From assembly GCA_040954595.2 (NCBI GenBank), contig CM082595.2:4490137-4554136 (forward strand): DNA of 64,000 bases, given 5' to 3'. The notes beneath the pieces are model-generated. The model made no database searches. It was not told the origin of the DNA and was given only the letters and a program-made list of their open reading frames with translations. The first letter of the stretch is position 1. Every line of letters starts with the position of its first letter. The translations under genes were made by a program, and so were the position numbers. Shown in pieces: positions 26,677 to 40,406 of the stretch. Source of the stretch: Balanoglossus misakiensis (taxonomy: Eukaryota > Animalia > Hemichordata).

Positions 26677-27381
26677 ATGCCAACGTGTGATTGCTCATGG
26701 TTAGTCAACAGTCGCACCGTATTCGCCATCTTGTTGGGGCTGAACGTCATCTTCGTGATGCTGCTGACCTCCGTATTCACCTTTAAAACTGTCACGGGTA
26801 GGTCAGATTCCGACGTATATACACTTGTATTTTGTAATACTAGTATACAATGTACCTATATACAGAGTCGTCCAAGCAACGTTGCCTTCCTCTGTATAAT
26901 CATGGTCTAGTGATTAACACCTTCCCTGGGTAAACAAAAGACCCTTTGTTTTCGACAAATCATTATTCATTATATGTAACAATAGAGTGCCACACTTCCA
27001 AAGATAATTTTTCTTCCTGCTCGAAGACTACATTACATGTACAATATTAGAAGAAAAACAAGTGCTATTAGTACACAAAGGTAGAAATCGGATAACAAAG
27101 TGGCCAATAATCAAAATTAAAGTCCACGATTACTCATCATCCGAAATTATTATTTACGTAAATAAAGTTAACGGTGCAAATTTTATCCAACAGCTTCTGG
27201 AAAGACAGAGGATCTACAGGAACAGACACCGACCAAAGCAACCTACACGTCCACTGTAAAACCGGCGACGACGACCGAGATCAACCCGCCGTTCCCCTTG
27301 ACAACGGGCGAGGAGAATTTACCGAGGAGCACTGTTATCGAAGACTTGACAGGGACGGTTGAACAGAATGTTTATGTTTGA
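26677..27381 (+). CDS. Small (102 aa) type II membrane or secreted protein with a Thr/Pro/Glu-rich mucin-like C-terminus; exons 26677-26797 and 27194-27381
   Basis: Hydrophobic anchor VFAILLGLNVIFVMLLTSVFTF; phase-1 donor G|gtaggt and acceptor ttttatccaacag join in frame to ASGKTEDLQEQTPTKATYTSTVKPATTTEINPPFPLTT..VYV*; AATAAA at ~27576. Confidence 0.6.
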
Positions 27382-27897
27382 TACCCAACAGGGCATGTGC
27401 ACGTCCATGTACATGTACTTGATGCACTCTGAGGGTCGCTGGACTGACAATACTACTACGGACACACTTGGTAAAACCTGTACCTGGATAATTAAACGAT
27501 TGTTTGCGATTTCTTTGGCGACCTCACTAGATATGAGACATACATCGCTCGCTTGATCTTTTGTTGCCAAGTACAAATAAAACGTAAATTTCAAGCAGTT
27601 AATCTTTGAGACTCGACCTCCTTAAGTAGGGCTGTTCAAGTTGGGTGTAACCGCTTGTGGGGGAACAGGTAAAGGTCAGGCGAGGTCGGTTTGCTATGCA
27701 CGAAGAATCGCCAATTAGAATAACAAAGACGGATATTGTGAGTGTTGGAATTTTGGGTGTAGGTCGACCATCAGGGGAAAATTGAAGGGCTGTTTACACT
27801 TGAAACTGCATCGCGCGCGTTGACAATTTTGACGTTAAGCGACAGAGAGGTTTCGACTGCGACACACAAGGACTAAAAAGGCGAACTCCACGTCACG

Positions 27898-30800
27898 ATG
27901 TGGGCTCGAATTTTGCAGATTTCGCTGGCGGTGTTTGTAGTCACGATTTCGAGAGTTTCGGGTAAGTCCGTTTCCCTATTAGCTCTGGTCATCCCATTTT
28001 GCGTTTCTGTTGCTTGGTTTGGTGGTTATGGGAATTAGAAGTATTAACACGTGGCCCTTGTAAGATGTGTTCTTTCTGACGTGTAGCTAGAACTAACCGA
28101 AATGAAGACTACCCAAAAACTTGTCAAATTACTTTCATTTTCTCAAACATAAGTGCACGGTCGTACGACCACCCAATTCCTGACCCAAATCCAGTATAAT
28201 GGCTGCCAGTGCCCTGAATAACTAAAATGTACATGAACATTCTTTCAAACTAATTTACAAATTGATATTTGGTGTCGCTATTTTCCCATTTGTTGGTCGA
28301 GTTTTAGAAAAATACCTGTACACTGCGCAATTATTTAACAGGCCATACTGGGACATATCTGTATGTTCCCTTGTGTTATGCAAATAATGGTGACCCTGGC
28401 GAGGTCAATCACTGTCGTCTAAATGACGCAGGGCGCGAACGCTTGGCGGCCCTATCGCATTAATTCTTTTCAAGCTTGTTGTGAAACTGTCTGTGAGGGT
28501 AATAAACAGTTCGGTTTACCGCTGCGCAGGAATTTGACCTTGTTGTCTTGTTCTGTGGATACGTCGTTTTGTTCCCGTGTTTAGTGACAGGAGAGGCGAA
28601 TTTAACTTGTCACAAACAGATATTTGTGACAGGCATTGGCTTAATTTGTTTATTAGAGGGTTTCGAAATTTTCACTGTAATTTCGCTTGACCTGCGCTAG
28701 TCGACAGATCTTGCAAGAATCGAGTATGTGTTAATGACCACGTGTAGACCCAAGGAACGTGTCATATCATAGGAAATGCCCAGGAAATTTAATTAACGTT
28801 CCCTCAACCTCAGTGTTCATTTTTCGTTTGCTTTGTGAACAGCAAGTTGTGTCGACCCCGGAGCACCTGTGAATGGTACTGTGGACACATCGGGATCCAC
28901 AGGTACGACGACGGGTGGCCAGTACAATGATTGGACGATTCTCCAGTTCTCGTGTAGCGACACGCACACGCTCTTAGGGTCAACGGCCATGACATGTACC
29001 ACTGGAGGGTGGCAGCCTCCAAACGCTCCAACCTGCAAAGGTGAGAGTCCACCATACTACTTAATTAATAAACACAACTGAATCCAATATCTCAATTATG
29101 TAAAAAAAAAAGTTCCGTTAATGATATGGTCACAATTTCCCGAGAAAATTTGCGATCAGAATGTTTTCTTCAAATTACCTCGAAGACAACTTGACAAGTA
29201 AAAAAAAAGACTTGGCATTTTGGAAAACTATAGGGAGAACAACAAGAAAATACACTTGTTACACACACAAAAATTCAAATTAGCCATACCTTATACAGAT
29301 AGTGGCCCTTTAATCCCAAGTTGGATTCTTTTATATCATTAGAGAAATGTGACCAACCGGACCCAATTCCAAACGGCTACTACGAGGCAAATTTTCCCGT
29401 CAACGGCGTCAGTGGTACCGTAAGTGTCAAATGTGTCGCAGGCTACACACTGGCGGGAGCAGATACCATATATTGTTCAGATGGTAGCTATGGAAGCTAT
29501 GTGCCAGGAGTGACATCTAAATGTAAAGGTATGTGGAACATGACAACACATAACCCTATTATGACAAATCCAAGTGGAGTTTGATGTGGAAACTTATTTT
29601 GTAATGATATGTCCTCCACTGTTCTGTTCAGCACGTCTTTCATTGCTCTTATGTATTTTGGTTGTGACAGAGAGCTGTTCGCGGCCCTTACTGAACGCTT
29701 ACGTCACAATCGAAGATGGCTTCGCAGACGACAGCGATCTTGTAGACTCAGGAGGAGTGATCACGTATGGCTGCATACCTGGTTTTTCCGTCGTTGGACC
29801 GAACCAGGCCACGTGCAACGACGGCAACTGGGACTACACTCCACAATGTATAGGTGAGTTATGGTATTGCGACGGACCAATTACAAAAGAATCAATGCAA
29901 ATCATCGTCGCAAACCACGACCTCTTTACGGCAACAGCCTGAGTTGCCTGGCGCGGAGGCCGTGACGTATTACACATCTCTATAATTATTCATAGGCATT
30001 TTCCCGCCAGAACGAAATGCAACCAACTTTCGTCTCATAAATGTATTCACATGTAAATTAAAGCATTTATGTTTTCTCGACAGCCAACTGTCCCATGAAT
30101 GCTCCACCCAATGCCAGAATAAGCGGTTCCAACGTCCACGGGGGAACCTCAACCGTGACGTGCAAGGCTGGGTTCACTCCCAGCGACGGATACCGAGTCG
30201 TTTGCAGTTATGGAGTGTGGGTCGGCGAAATGCCAGTGTGTGAAGGTAGGTCAACACTGACCCCAAACATCATCATCACCCCAGACATTAATGTTTGGCA
30301 CCATTACACTGTCATGTGGTGAATACATTACTAATATACATTGCGAACTTATCCTTTTTGACAGAAATTGCATTGTATCTTCCAGATACCCTTTCCGACT
30401 ACATATCCGTATACCTTCCGTTCGAGAATGACTTCAACGACGCTAGTTACCTTGGTGACTACGATGGCGCCAAAGAAGGCTCGGTGGCGTTTGCTGAGAA
30501 CGCGGGTGTGTACGGTTCAGCGGCGTCGTTCGCGGGGAAGGGCAGAGTGGACGTGAAGAATGACTTCGCCACCTATTCGGCCTTCTCCGTGAGTTTGTGG
30601 TTCAAGAGGACCGGGAACTTCGACATGTTCCAGGGTCTCGTTTCTCACGGAGGGTACGGCGAGGTGGAAGGGAGCGAGTTGGTTTTGGGAGACGAGAACC
30701 ACGGGCAGCTTCTGAATGCCGGGCTGATGACACCAGGGAAGCGGGACACGTGGGATTACGTGAACGTGGCAGCGACGGCGCACCGCTGGCATCATGCTCT

Positions 30801-31674
30801 CTACACGTACGACGGCACCGAGTTCAATCTTTACTTCGACGGCGAGAAGCAGAGCGGGGATTCAGACTGTTGCTCCGGACCCTTATCTCCGGGGTCCCAG
30901 CCGATTCGCATCGGGCAAGCCGGTCCGCCTCTTCTGAAGCAGTACTTCTACGGCCTGATCGATGAAGTGTACGTCTTCAGCATCGCCCTGAACGACACCC
31001 AAGCGGACATCATGTACCGTCGGGATGCATGGCCATGCGCTGATCCATCCCTGCTGGTCCATTACTCTTTTGATGATGGGTTCAAAGATTCCTCCTGCTA
31101 CGGGTGGCACGGCGTACCTTACGGGAAAGTATGGACGAGCAAGGGCGAGGCCGTGTTCGAAGAGGGCCAGATCAACATTGAGCAATTCAGAAACTTCATG
31201 TGGGGATCTGATTTGACGATAAGTTTCTGGTACTCCTGCAGCGAATGTTCGGAGGGGTCGACGGACCCGGACACGTTCCAGAGAAATAGGAAAGGCTTGA
31301 TTACAAATGGTCTGTACTCACCGGGGACCTTTGAACTGGCGTTGGAGGACACCGCTTCCGGCACTTTCATCGAGGGCGGATTCTCCACCCAGGGGACACA
31401 CAACAACCCGCGAGAAATCCAACTCCCGGTCACTGGTCCTCATCACGTGACTCTGGTGCGTGACGGGATGGGTTCGAGCCTCTACCTGGACGGCACACGC
31501 GTCGGCAGCAGCTCGGCGGCAACGGGAGACCTGTTGACCGTCAGCAGCCCCGTGACCGTCGGCGTGACCGGAAGTGGTGACCCGAAGTACGCGCACAACT
31601 TCCAGGGCACCATCAGAGACGTGCGAATCTACAGCAAGGCCTTGTCTCAACAGGAGATCACAGATTTGCAGTAA
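27898..31674 (+). CDS. Secreted protein: signal peptide, 4 CCP/sushi domains, 2 LamG-like (ConA/pentraxin-fold) domains, 700 aa; exons 27898-27961, 28843-29040, 29343-29528, 29671-29853, 30084-30245, 30365-31674
   Basis: Four symmetric phase-1 exons each with the C..P..NG..C..G...C...W/Y....C pattern. Final exon has WHHALYTYDG..LYFDG..FYGLIDEV and HHVTLVRDG..LYLDG..FQGTIRDVRIYSKAL. Confidence 0.9.
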
Positions 31675-32633
31675 CAAATCAATACAACTGGGATGATCAT
31701 GCTCAGCCGAACTAATACTACTAATAACATTTTGTATTATGAATAATGTGACAATCAGTGAAATACATACACAAGTCCCGCCCTCTGAAAATGGAAATTA
31801 ATGTCGTCAAAGTTTCCAGATTTTACCATGAATTAGTAACCCACTGTTTCATAGGCTGCTCAAACCAATTGTATTCAGCTTGAAGGGGTGACGTTTGTGT
31901 AAGAAAAAAATCATTGCAATCACACCAATCCATATTACAAAGGTTATTATGACAAAACGTGCTATAGCAACCTCTTCGACAATGGTTACGACGCATAATG
32001 TACACCGTGCAGTTGTTTACATATCAAGAAAGCAGCCACTATTAACTGGAGACAGACACTGACTGCAACGTTTATGCTGTTGTTGTCTTTTAATTTATAT
32101 AATCGGTACAAAAACTAATAAACCTGAATAATACGAGAAACGTGTTCATTATGTTCCTCTTTTTGCACACCACACCACACCACACCTGAGGCACAGTTTC
32201 CTATGTCACCATAATTTGCATGTTATCTGTGTCCGCCTGGTGTCTGTAGAAAATTCCATTCCACCTATATCTGACAAACCTATGGATCTGACAACCTTCC
32301 ACAACCGTCCCTTGAATTCCATCCCTCATCAACTAAAGGCACATAATCGCAAATGCAATGGTGCAGCTTAAAGACCACGCCAGACAAGATCTGTATTCAT
32401 AACGTAAAGCCAGAGTATCCAGTCGGACGATTTTCGTCGTACAGGCCACGATGACTTTCACGTTGTGGAGGTCTTGCACTTATTCTGGGCGCCATCAGTT
32501 GTCCTGCCTGCATAGAGATAGCAACACGACAGAATGTAACACAAATAAAATAATTTTGCTTATCCGAAACTTGCTTCAGAGAACAACATTTTGTTTTCGA
32601 GTTTTGTCATCCGGTACTTCCCTTCTGTATTAC

Positions 32634-35600
32634 TCAAGACAATATTCCTTTCTTTACCTGTCGTATTGGCCGGAGTTCTTCACCACGTGACCTGCCCAGC
32701 GGTTTCCCGCTTCTACGTCCGGATCTTTCCGGTTGGTGTCCAATCGGTCTCGGGAGACTCTGTGTTTGCTGAGTTGCGACGCCATTGTTGGCTAGATCTT
32801 TGGGAGTGTGTCCATAAAGGTAAGACCACTTCGGTACTTGTTCCATCGGCGTGCCGTTGTCGGCCCTGAAGTTCTCCCCTCCCGGTGCGTCGACTCCCCA
32901 GCGCCGCTGTCCTTCCGGCGTCGCGCTGCTGAAGGACCACTCCTTCATCAACAGATGTCTTTCGTCCTGCGAGTGGACCATCGGGTTCCTGTAAACGACG
33001 GGTCTCCTCCCATCCTTGCAACCGCCGGCGATGATGCGCACGCAGCACAGGGCAACCACAAAGACCACCACAAGTCCAACGACTGTACATGACACGACAA
33101 TCGCAATCATCTTTCTGCCTGTAAAAAGTAGTTATCACGTGTCACTGCATGTACATTAAAGCAAGAGGCATTCTGAACACTTCGGTTAAAATTTATCGTC
33201 CGTTATACATTTTCAAAATGGCGCTCATCGACTACCATACTGATCTACCGTAAATCAAACATATAAACATACCATTTGCCAGGTCTGTCGTCTTTGGTTT
33301 ATCGACATCTGTAAAAAAATAATATTAATTCATCAGCAGTAGAAAAAGGGAAGATTTACACGAGTAGTAGCGGGCGATTCAATTTGTACAGGAGAATGGC
33401 GTACTCATCAGACTTCAATATTTGATTTGATTTGCATTATATATAGGAAAGCATTAAGCTCTATGCAAGACACATTCAAACACGAATTCCATGAAAACTA
33501 ACTTAAACTAGTTAACTATACCAACCAACTACATGTAACCAACTAACTAAGGATTTTCTCGCGTGTTGACATAAAAGGGAACTGAAACAGGAATTTACGA
33601 AGGAAAACCTTAAACCATTACCTTCTTCGGTGATAGATACCGTTTCTGGTACATATGCAAGTTCGTAGGCCGTCAAAGAATTTGACTGATTTAGACTCAA
33701 AACAAAGACGTCCAAAATTGTTGCCAAATTGACTGTTGCATTGTCATATATCAAAAGTTGACCGCTGATTTTAAAAACTCCGGTGTCTATGGCTCTTCGT
33801 GCATTTGTCCTGACATAGTCCAAACTCCTGTAAAAATTAAAACATTAAAATGCCAAACATCATCTCAGTCAGTCTTGCACAGTAAAAAATTAAATACGGA
33901 CATTGAGAACAAGAGGAATCGATAGGTCAAATATGGACGGGCTGCTAAATCTTATTTCGTACATACAAGCACGACCAAGTGTTTGCCACAACTTATGTTC
34001 ACAATGGATACATAGAGAAAGGTCATGAAGGTCACCAGTCATGCGTGATAATCACTCACGTTCTCGCTAGTTTTCTGTGCCTGAGAAAGTATGGTTGATT
34101 GACGCCACTCCCACCCCAATCGACAAGGTGTAAAGTTTCACAACAGAACTGTACAAGTTCCAATATAGTGCTGCATTAGTTCAAATACAGTTCATACCTT
34201 TGTAACGTCGCCTTGTAACAGCACACAGGAAACTCCTTTTCAAATGATTCCATTTGCTGTTAATATATTCGAAATTGGAAATCAGGCCATGTCACAACTA
34301 CATAGGTCTACACATGTGCTTTCAATGAAATATTCATGCAATATTACATATAACATCCTGATTTGTGTCCATGAACAAGAGAGAAGGTTCACCCAATTAT
34401 CACATCCGGGTCGATTTTGTTAGATGGCACTTGCCATGCTGTGGGTAAGCATTGATGTACACTATACAATGTGTATATTCAACAGAAGGCCTTAAAATAT
34501 GTAGGTCAGATGCCAAAATATTGAATAACACAGTCCTTTGCATTCCAGTATCCCACATAACAAGGGCTGACATACCACTTGGCTGAAGAGGCATGTTGTT
34601 TTGTTGAAATGGTAAACGTTTCTGCCAAGTTATGGGATTGTGAATTTCTCTGGGTGGAGAAAAACACTCACCTCTTTGGTCAGTGCCATGGATAGACGCT
34701 GCAATTCGCAAGGTGTTAGTTCACTCTGCCCAGAGATGCTGCATTCGAGTTGATATCTCATTTGACAGTTTGCCTGCACCTGTGAACAATCGTCATCATC
34801 TAATTCAGGGCATTCAGTTGACTGGCTTGTAATCCGTGTTGTATGAGATGATGTGGTAGTTGTAGTTGCCACTTTACTGCTTAGTGGTGCCGAGGTTTTG
34901 ATTGTGGATATTGTACCACTTGTCTTTGCTGACGTTGAAGCCCTTTGAGAAAGAGTCGAGAAGTCAGTTTTGGATTTCTCTGATGTAGTATCTCCACGTG
35001 TTGTAAACTGTATCGTGGTTGGTCCATTGGTTGTTCTTTCTGCCAGCTGAGATGTCCCAATTTGATCTGCTGTTGTTCGTGATGTCGAAAGCATGGATCT
35101 CGCCTGTGTAAGCAGTGTTGTTTGTAGATTCTGTGACGATACTGGCAAAGTTGCTTCTTGTGAAGCGGTTGTGTCAACGGTGGTCACTGATGTATTGATA
35201 GTTGAGGTTTGAGTAGAACCAGGTCCAGTTGTGGTCACTGAGTCCATGGTTGAGGATTGAGTGAGACTAGGTCCAGTTGAGGTCGCTGATGAATTCGTGG
35301 TTGAGGACTGAGTAGACTTAGGTCCAGTTGTGGTCATTGATGCATTCGTGGTTGGGAATTGAGTAGATTCAGGACCAGTTGTGGTCACTACCGAATCCGT
35401 GGTAGAGGCTTGAGTAGATTCAGGACCAGTTGTGGTCACTACTGAATCCGTGGTAGAGGCTTGAGTAGATTCAGGTCCAGTTGTAGTCAGCGATGCATTC
35501 GTGACTGAGGCTTGGGTAGATTCAGGACCAGTTGTGGTCACTACTGAATCCGTGGTAGATGATTGAGTAGACTTGGGTCCAGTTCTGGTCACTAAGTCCA

Positions 35601-36344
35601 TGGTAGAGGATTGAGTAGATTCAGAACCAGTTGTGGTCACTATTGAATTCGTGGTAGATGATTGAGTAGATTCAGGTCCAGTTGTGGTCACTACTGAATC
35701 CGTGGTTGAGAATTGAGTAGACTTAGGTCCAGTTGTGGCCATGGAATCTATCATTGATGATTGAATAGAAATAGTTTCTTTACATTTAAGAAAACTGCAT
35801 TCACATTCCAATTATTTTAACGTTTCTGTATTTTGGGGTGACAGTATACCTTTAAAAAGACTGTCGCTCAATCGTTTCATTTTCAGTGAAAGTGACGTTT
35901 CGACATGTGTCACTTAAGTATTTTGTTTCACACTAAACCGGAAATCACGCGGAAACAATTACCTGTAGTACCAGAGCCACCCGTGGTCAAAGCCTGAAAC
36001 AAAATCCGGAAACATTTTCCTTATTTTGAGTTTTCGATAGGATTATTGTGCGTGAATACATCTGGTATATAAGTACCTCAGGAGCCATTGAATGGAAATA
36101 CTGGATGAATATGAAATCACTGAAGACTTTTGAAACAACACACACACGTGACCGTTCTATTACACGTAGGGTAAGCATATCAAACAGGAAATGACGTTGA
36201 GGGCGAACGATCGACATGTCACGCACACATGTAAAGCGTCTTTACATTTACCGAGAGACATTGACTTACTTGTGTATTTTGTGCCGAGAAAAATATCACG
36301 ACAGCCACGGTAAATATGGATAAAGCTGGCTTACGGTAACCCAT
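32634..36344 (-). CDS. Transmembrane mucin: signal peptide, Thr/Ser tandem repeats, SEA-like module, TM, cytoplasmic tail (8 exons: 36270-36344, 35963-35993, ~34672-35777, ~34198-34256, 34060-34080, ~33622-33827, ~33273-33308, 32634-~33118)
   Basis: Signal peptide MGYRKPALSIFTVAVVIFFSA; ~1.1-kb T/S-rich exon; TM IAIVVSCTVVGLVVVFVVALCC; splice phases are consistent through the small exons. Confidence 0.75.
35180..35740 (-). repeat. Coding VNTR: 11 units of 48-51 nt (TTTGPESTQxSTTDSVV)
   Basis: Visible in the 34630-35811 translation and as recurring GAGTAGATTCAGGACCAGTTGTGGTCA. Confidence 0.9.
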
Positions 36345-37757
36345 TTTCGGAAGCATGCTCTCAATCAATATAACTGCGGAGGAAATAGTGAAGTATATAT
36401 GGATATTAGAAAACCAAAGATCAGCCATACTATGATCCTGCCGGCAGAAGGGGTGATACATACACCACAATGTTCATGTGAAGAAACGGAGATGGTGGTA
36501 ATTTATTGTGTTCGGTATCAGGATGCTGAAGCCTGGACTCTCTGATGTTTACTTGAACAGAATCTATTTGAGAACAAACGGTGCTTCGTGTTCATCATGA
36601 TGTGACGCTCAGTATTTTCGGTCTGTGGAGAGTCTGTTATTAACATTTCTTCACGTCTGCATATCTGCGCTTCGATGGACCGTGGACGTGGAGGATACTC
36701 AAGCTTCGTCAGCCCTTTGTTCGGGTACGGGTGTGTCTCCTTTTGGTCGATTTTTCCTCGTCGAATCAAATCGTCTACGTTAGCTAATACTTCTGAAATC
36801 TTGGTGGTCGTGTCAGAGCAAAGACACTATACCAATGGTACATCAAATAAACGGTTTTGGGCCCTAACACATTTCCACACGTAAACATTTTCAGTAGCTA
36901 ATATAAACCGTCTTTGTTTACCTAGGAAGCCATACGTAGCCGTGAGCGTTTCAGTGTTTCATTAAACCTTCCTTAGATGAATGTCAAATCCAGACACTAG
37001 TCAGTTGAAGTGGTATTGTTCAAAACAGCCCAAACCTAAAACTGCTCAAAGTAAGGTCTTCCTGGCGTACTTGTATTGATGGACGCCGTCCCCAATTAAG
37101 TCATTTTTACAGTAACCTGAGTGGCATAGTTCGCCTACCTTGTTTCAAACTTAAAGACTCGTTCTTGAACGTTGGTGATTCGTCGATGAACAGTCAGCAA
37201 CGGGGAAGAACCAGGTAGTTTGTCTGTTCCGCCATAGGAATATGTAATGAAAGTTGTTTACAAAAGACGAGCTTCGGAATGGACAAGGCACAGGGCCAGA
37301 AAGGTGTGTCGAGTGAAATATTGAGTCGAAGTGGGCCAGTCATCGCTCAGTGACGTGACCTTTTCGCCTTTCAGCGGTGCTCAACCAAGCGAGCGATCTC
37401 AAGGTCCTTTCTTTTAAGGTAGATGAGGATGAAGGTTGTTATCGCTTACATCCAAGCGTACTAAGCCAACAGCGTTAAGCATGGCTGTAGCGACGCACCT
37501 TACATTGGTATCAACGCTGTAATTTGAATTAAAAAGTGTCCAGATTAGAACCTGTAAGCTTACAAAGTAGAGCCAAGCCCAAAAGAATCTTGTCCTCAAA
37601 TGAGACTAACCTGGATTCAGTATGAAGCGGAATCTGTTTCCATGTAAGGTAGTCAGCTGTGCTCCAGGTGCGTGCATGTGAAATGTGGATCTGAAATGTG
37701 AAATGTGAATCTAAAAAGTTGCATCGTGGGCTGACATAGCCTTTGAGCAGAAATGCT

Positions 37758-39445
37758 ATGATGGCGTCTTTTTGTCAAATGTGGAAACGACTGCCCGGGC
37801 ATAAACGTATATCTACAGGCACCACACTGGCCAAACTCTGCCTGTTTTCGGTGCTAACGATTACCATCATATTCAGTGGTCATCGGTTCGTAAGATTTGT
37901 TTCTGTTACCGTGGAAAGCGGCGAATGCTACCTCACAGTGGAAGAGGAGGCCAACTTACGTCATGTATTACGCAGCGTTATTGCAGTTTTTGAACAACTG
38001 AACATCACCTATTGGCTCGACCGAGGTACGCTGGTTGGGGCTCTACGAACAGGCGATATCTTGAGGTGAATAAATTGATATCTTTCAATCGATTATTTAA
38101 ACGCCCGGCTTGGATAGGACCAGAGTTCTACCTCAAAACAGACGTTGCTTCTATGTACAAGATGGGTTAACAAGTGCCTGCCTCATCTCAATAAGTTGGC
38201 ACGTATGAGAGTATGGTATAGCGTTCGTATGATTTGATGTACCTCGTCTGTCGAATTCCACTTCCAAAAATTCATTTTTTTTCACAGTGTTCTTGATATT
38301 ACCAATACCAACATTACACATCCATACACATTATAAAAATCACGACAGTCCCGGCTGCTGCACATTTCTGTACTTAGTATTCTCTGTTCGCATAGCCTAC
38401 TTTCTTTGGGTTAAATAGAGTTTGTCTGCTGCCTGTTGCCTGTCTACGCTTGTCACGGTATATTTTCATTGACGGGCTGTGTTCTTTATAAAAACCTAGT
38501 ACAAACACACCGTTGTGACAGAGTCTAGGCGTTTCTCGGGTATAGTTTGTACGTTTAGTACATTGGCCTTAGATTCTGCTGTACATAGACACCTCAGCTG
38601 ATCAAAGCCGAGTAGCCAGCTACTGAACGTGTCGTGTTTCACATTGCTTTAAATATCTCTTTCAAATTAACCCTTGCACCACCATGGTTCAGTCCAAACC
38701 TATTGTTTTCTATGGTAAGGCTGGACCTCTAAAGAGGGAACTGGGGGTGAAAGGGTTAAAAATCTTCCTATTAGTCTTTGTATGGGAAAACGGTGTATGG
38801 TCATAGAATAAAAGGCATAGGTATCACCGTATGATGTTATGATGGCTTAAAACTTTGGAGCTGTTGACTGAATAAGCCACTTGATAGACTGTGTACAGTA
38901 GTCAGACCTGAAATTAATTAGAGTTTGCCCCAGTGCATTATGCTTGGGTGAGTCCTGTCCGACTGTTTTTAAGACTTCTTCTCTGTGCTTTCTGTCGTTG
39001 CAGTTATGACGTCGACGGAGATATAGGATATATCATAAACAAATACTATAGCTTCGAGGAATTTAGAGATCTACTGCAATACTACGGCGTGTACTATAGC
39101 TATCGTGGGGGCTCATACTTTTCGAGAGCAAAATACATGGGGATGTATGTGGATCTGAAACGGTACAAGATCGTCGACGGAATATACCTCGGCAAAAAGA
39201 CGAAAATACTTGGGTGGCACGTCATGATGGGAGGTGAGACGCGAAAGAGGACAATTGTCATAAAGTCCGACCAATACAGAGATGAATTTCCGTTGTCTTG
39301 GTTACATCCACTGCGGACAATCGACTTCATGGACGTGAGAGCGAATATTCCGCACGAAGCAGAGAAACTGGTTCGGCACCGGTATCCTTACAGTTACACC
39401 ATTCCGCTACCATACAAGTGGAAATGCTGGGTGCCGTTCGCCTAG
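37758..39445 (+). CDS. LicD/fukutin-related nucleotidyltransferase-fold protein, paralog A (type II Golgi topology); exons 37758-38065, 39004-39445
   Basis: TM LCLFSVLTITIIFSG; spliced motif YWLDRGTLVGALRTGDILS|YDVDGDIG corresponds to the LicD GTLLGA.R..I.WD.D.D signature; C-terminal PLRTIDF...IPHEAEKLV...YP. Confidence 0.85.
38671..38755. mobile_element. 85-bp piggyBac-like MITE (copy of 5701-5785) in the LicD-A intron
   Basis: TTAA|CCCTTGCACC...GGTGAAAGGG|TTAA. Confidence 0.8.
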
Positions 39446-40406
39446 CGATGGCCGTTCGGGACAAGCCTACATTGTTATCACGATACACCCACCAAGATGG
39501 TCCTAACCTAAATTGACAAATTCATGTGTAATTTGACAAAGGTTTCAAATAACTGTTTTGAGTCAAGGTCAAGAATGCTTTCAATTTCCATTTAAGTAGC
39601 AGCAGTTTTCAATTCTGATCAAGTATCCCTGTAACTATGACTTCTTAAACTATTTCTAAGCTACGCATTATATAATAACACCAAAGAAGAAATCTATTGG
39701 TTTCGGTGGTACGACTTGCATGCTACTGTTATTATAATACATTTGCATGTTTATATTAGAAAGAGCTCTCGTATTCGTCAGTTGTAATTAAATTTCTTTC
39801 AGACGACGTTTAGTTAGCTGATCATGATCCTATTCAGATTATTTTCGAGCTTAGTCAACTACCTTAATAAGCATACCATGTGATTTATGTCGAGTGTTGG
39901 ATAATGCAGATAAACAAATAAAAGCTTCGGAACCGTCTTAATGGTGCCTGTGTGACCTCTTATATGACGTTAGTCTCAATCCACAGTCGATTGTATTGTT
40001 ATATGGCACAGCTAAATCAATAGGTTTAGAGTCCTGCTCGTCATACCATTACATGTACCATCACATAGTACACATCAATCGCTGGTCAAACGGTTACCGG
40101 CCACCATCTCCGATTAGAACCATGATCCACCTAACACTAGTATCAACACTGTAATTTGAATTATGTGTGTGCCCTCAAATGAGACTAACCTACCCGGATT
40201 CGGTGTGGAGCTCCAGGTTTGTGAAATGGCAATCTCAAATCTGAAATGTGTGGCGAGCGGAAGAGCTACGAGGGCGTCCTCTTGTCGAATGTGAGACTGA
40301 CCGCCGGGGCATAAACCGTGTATATCTACTGGCACCACACCACGTTGGCTGGCATAGGCTTGGAGAATCTCCCGATATTCACACGGTGGCGAGATTGAAC
40401 GACGGT

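Noticed and set aside
35180-35740. Regularly spaced repeats resembling a CRISPR array
   Set aside because: Units are contiguous, frame-preserving mucin coding repeats without unique spacers, in a eukaryotic gene.
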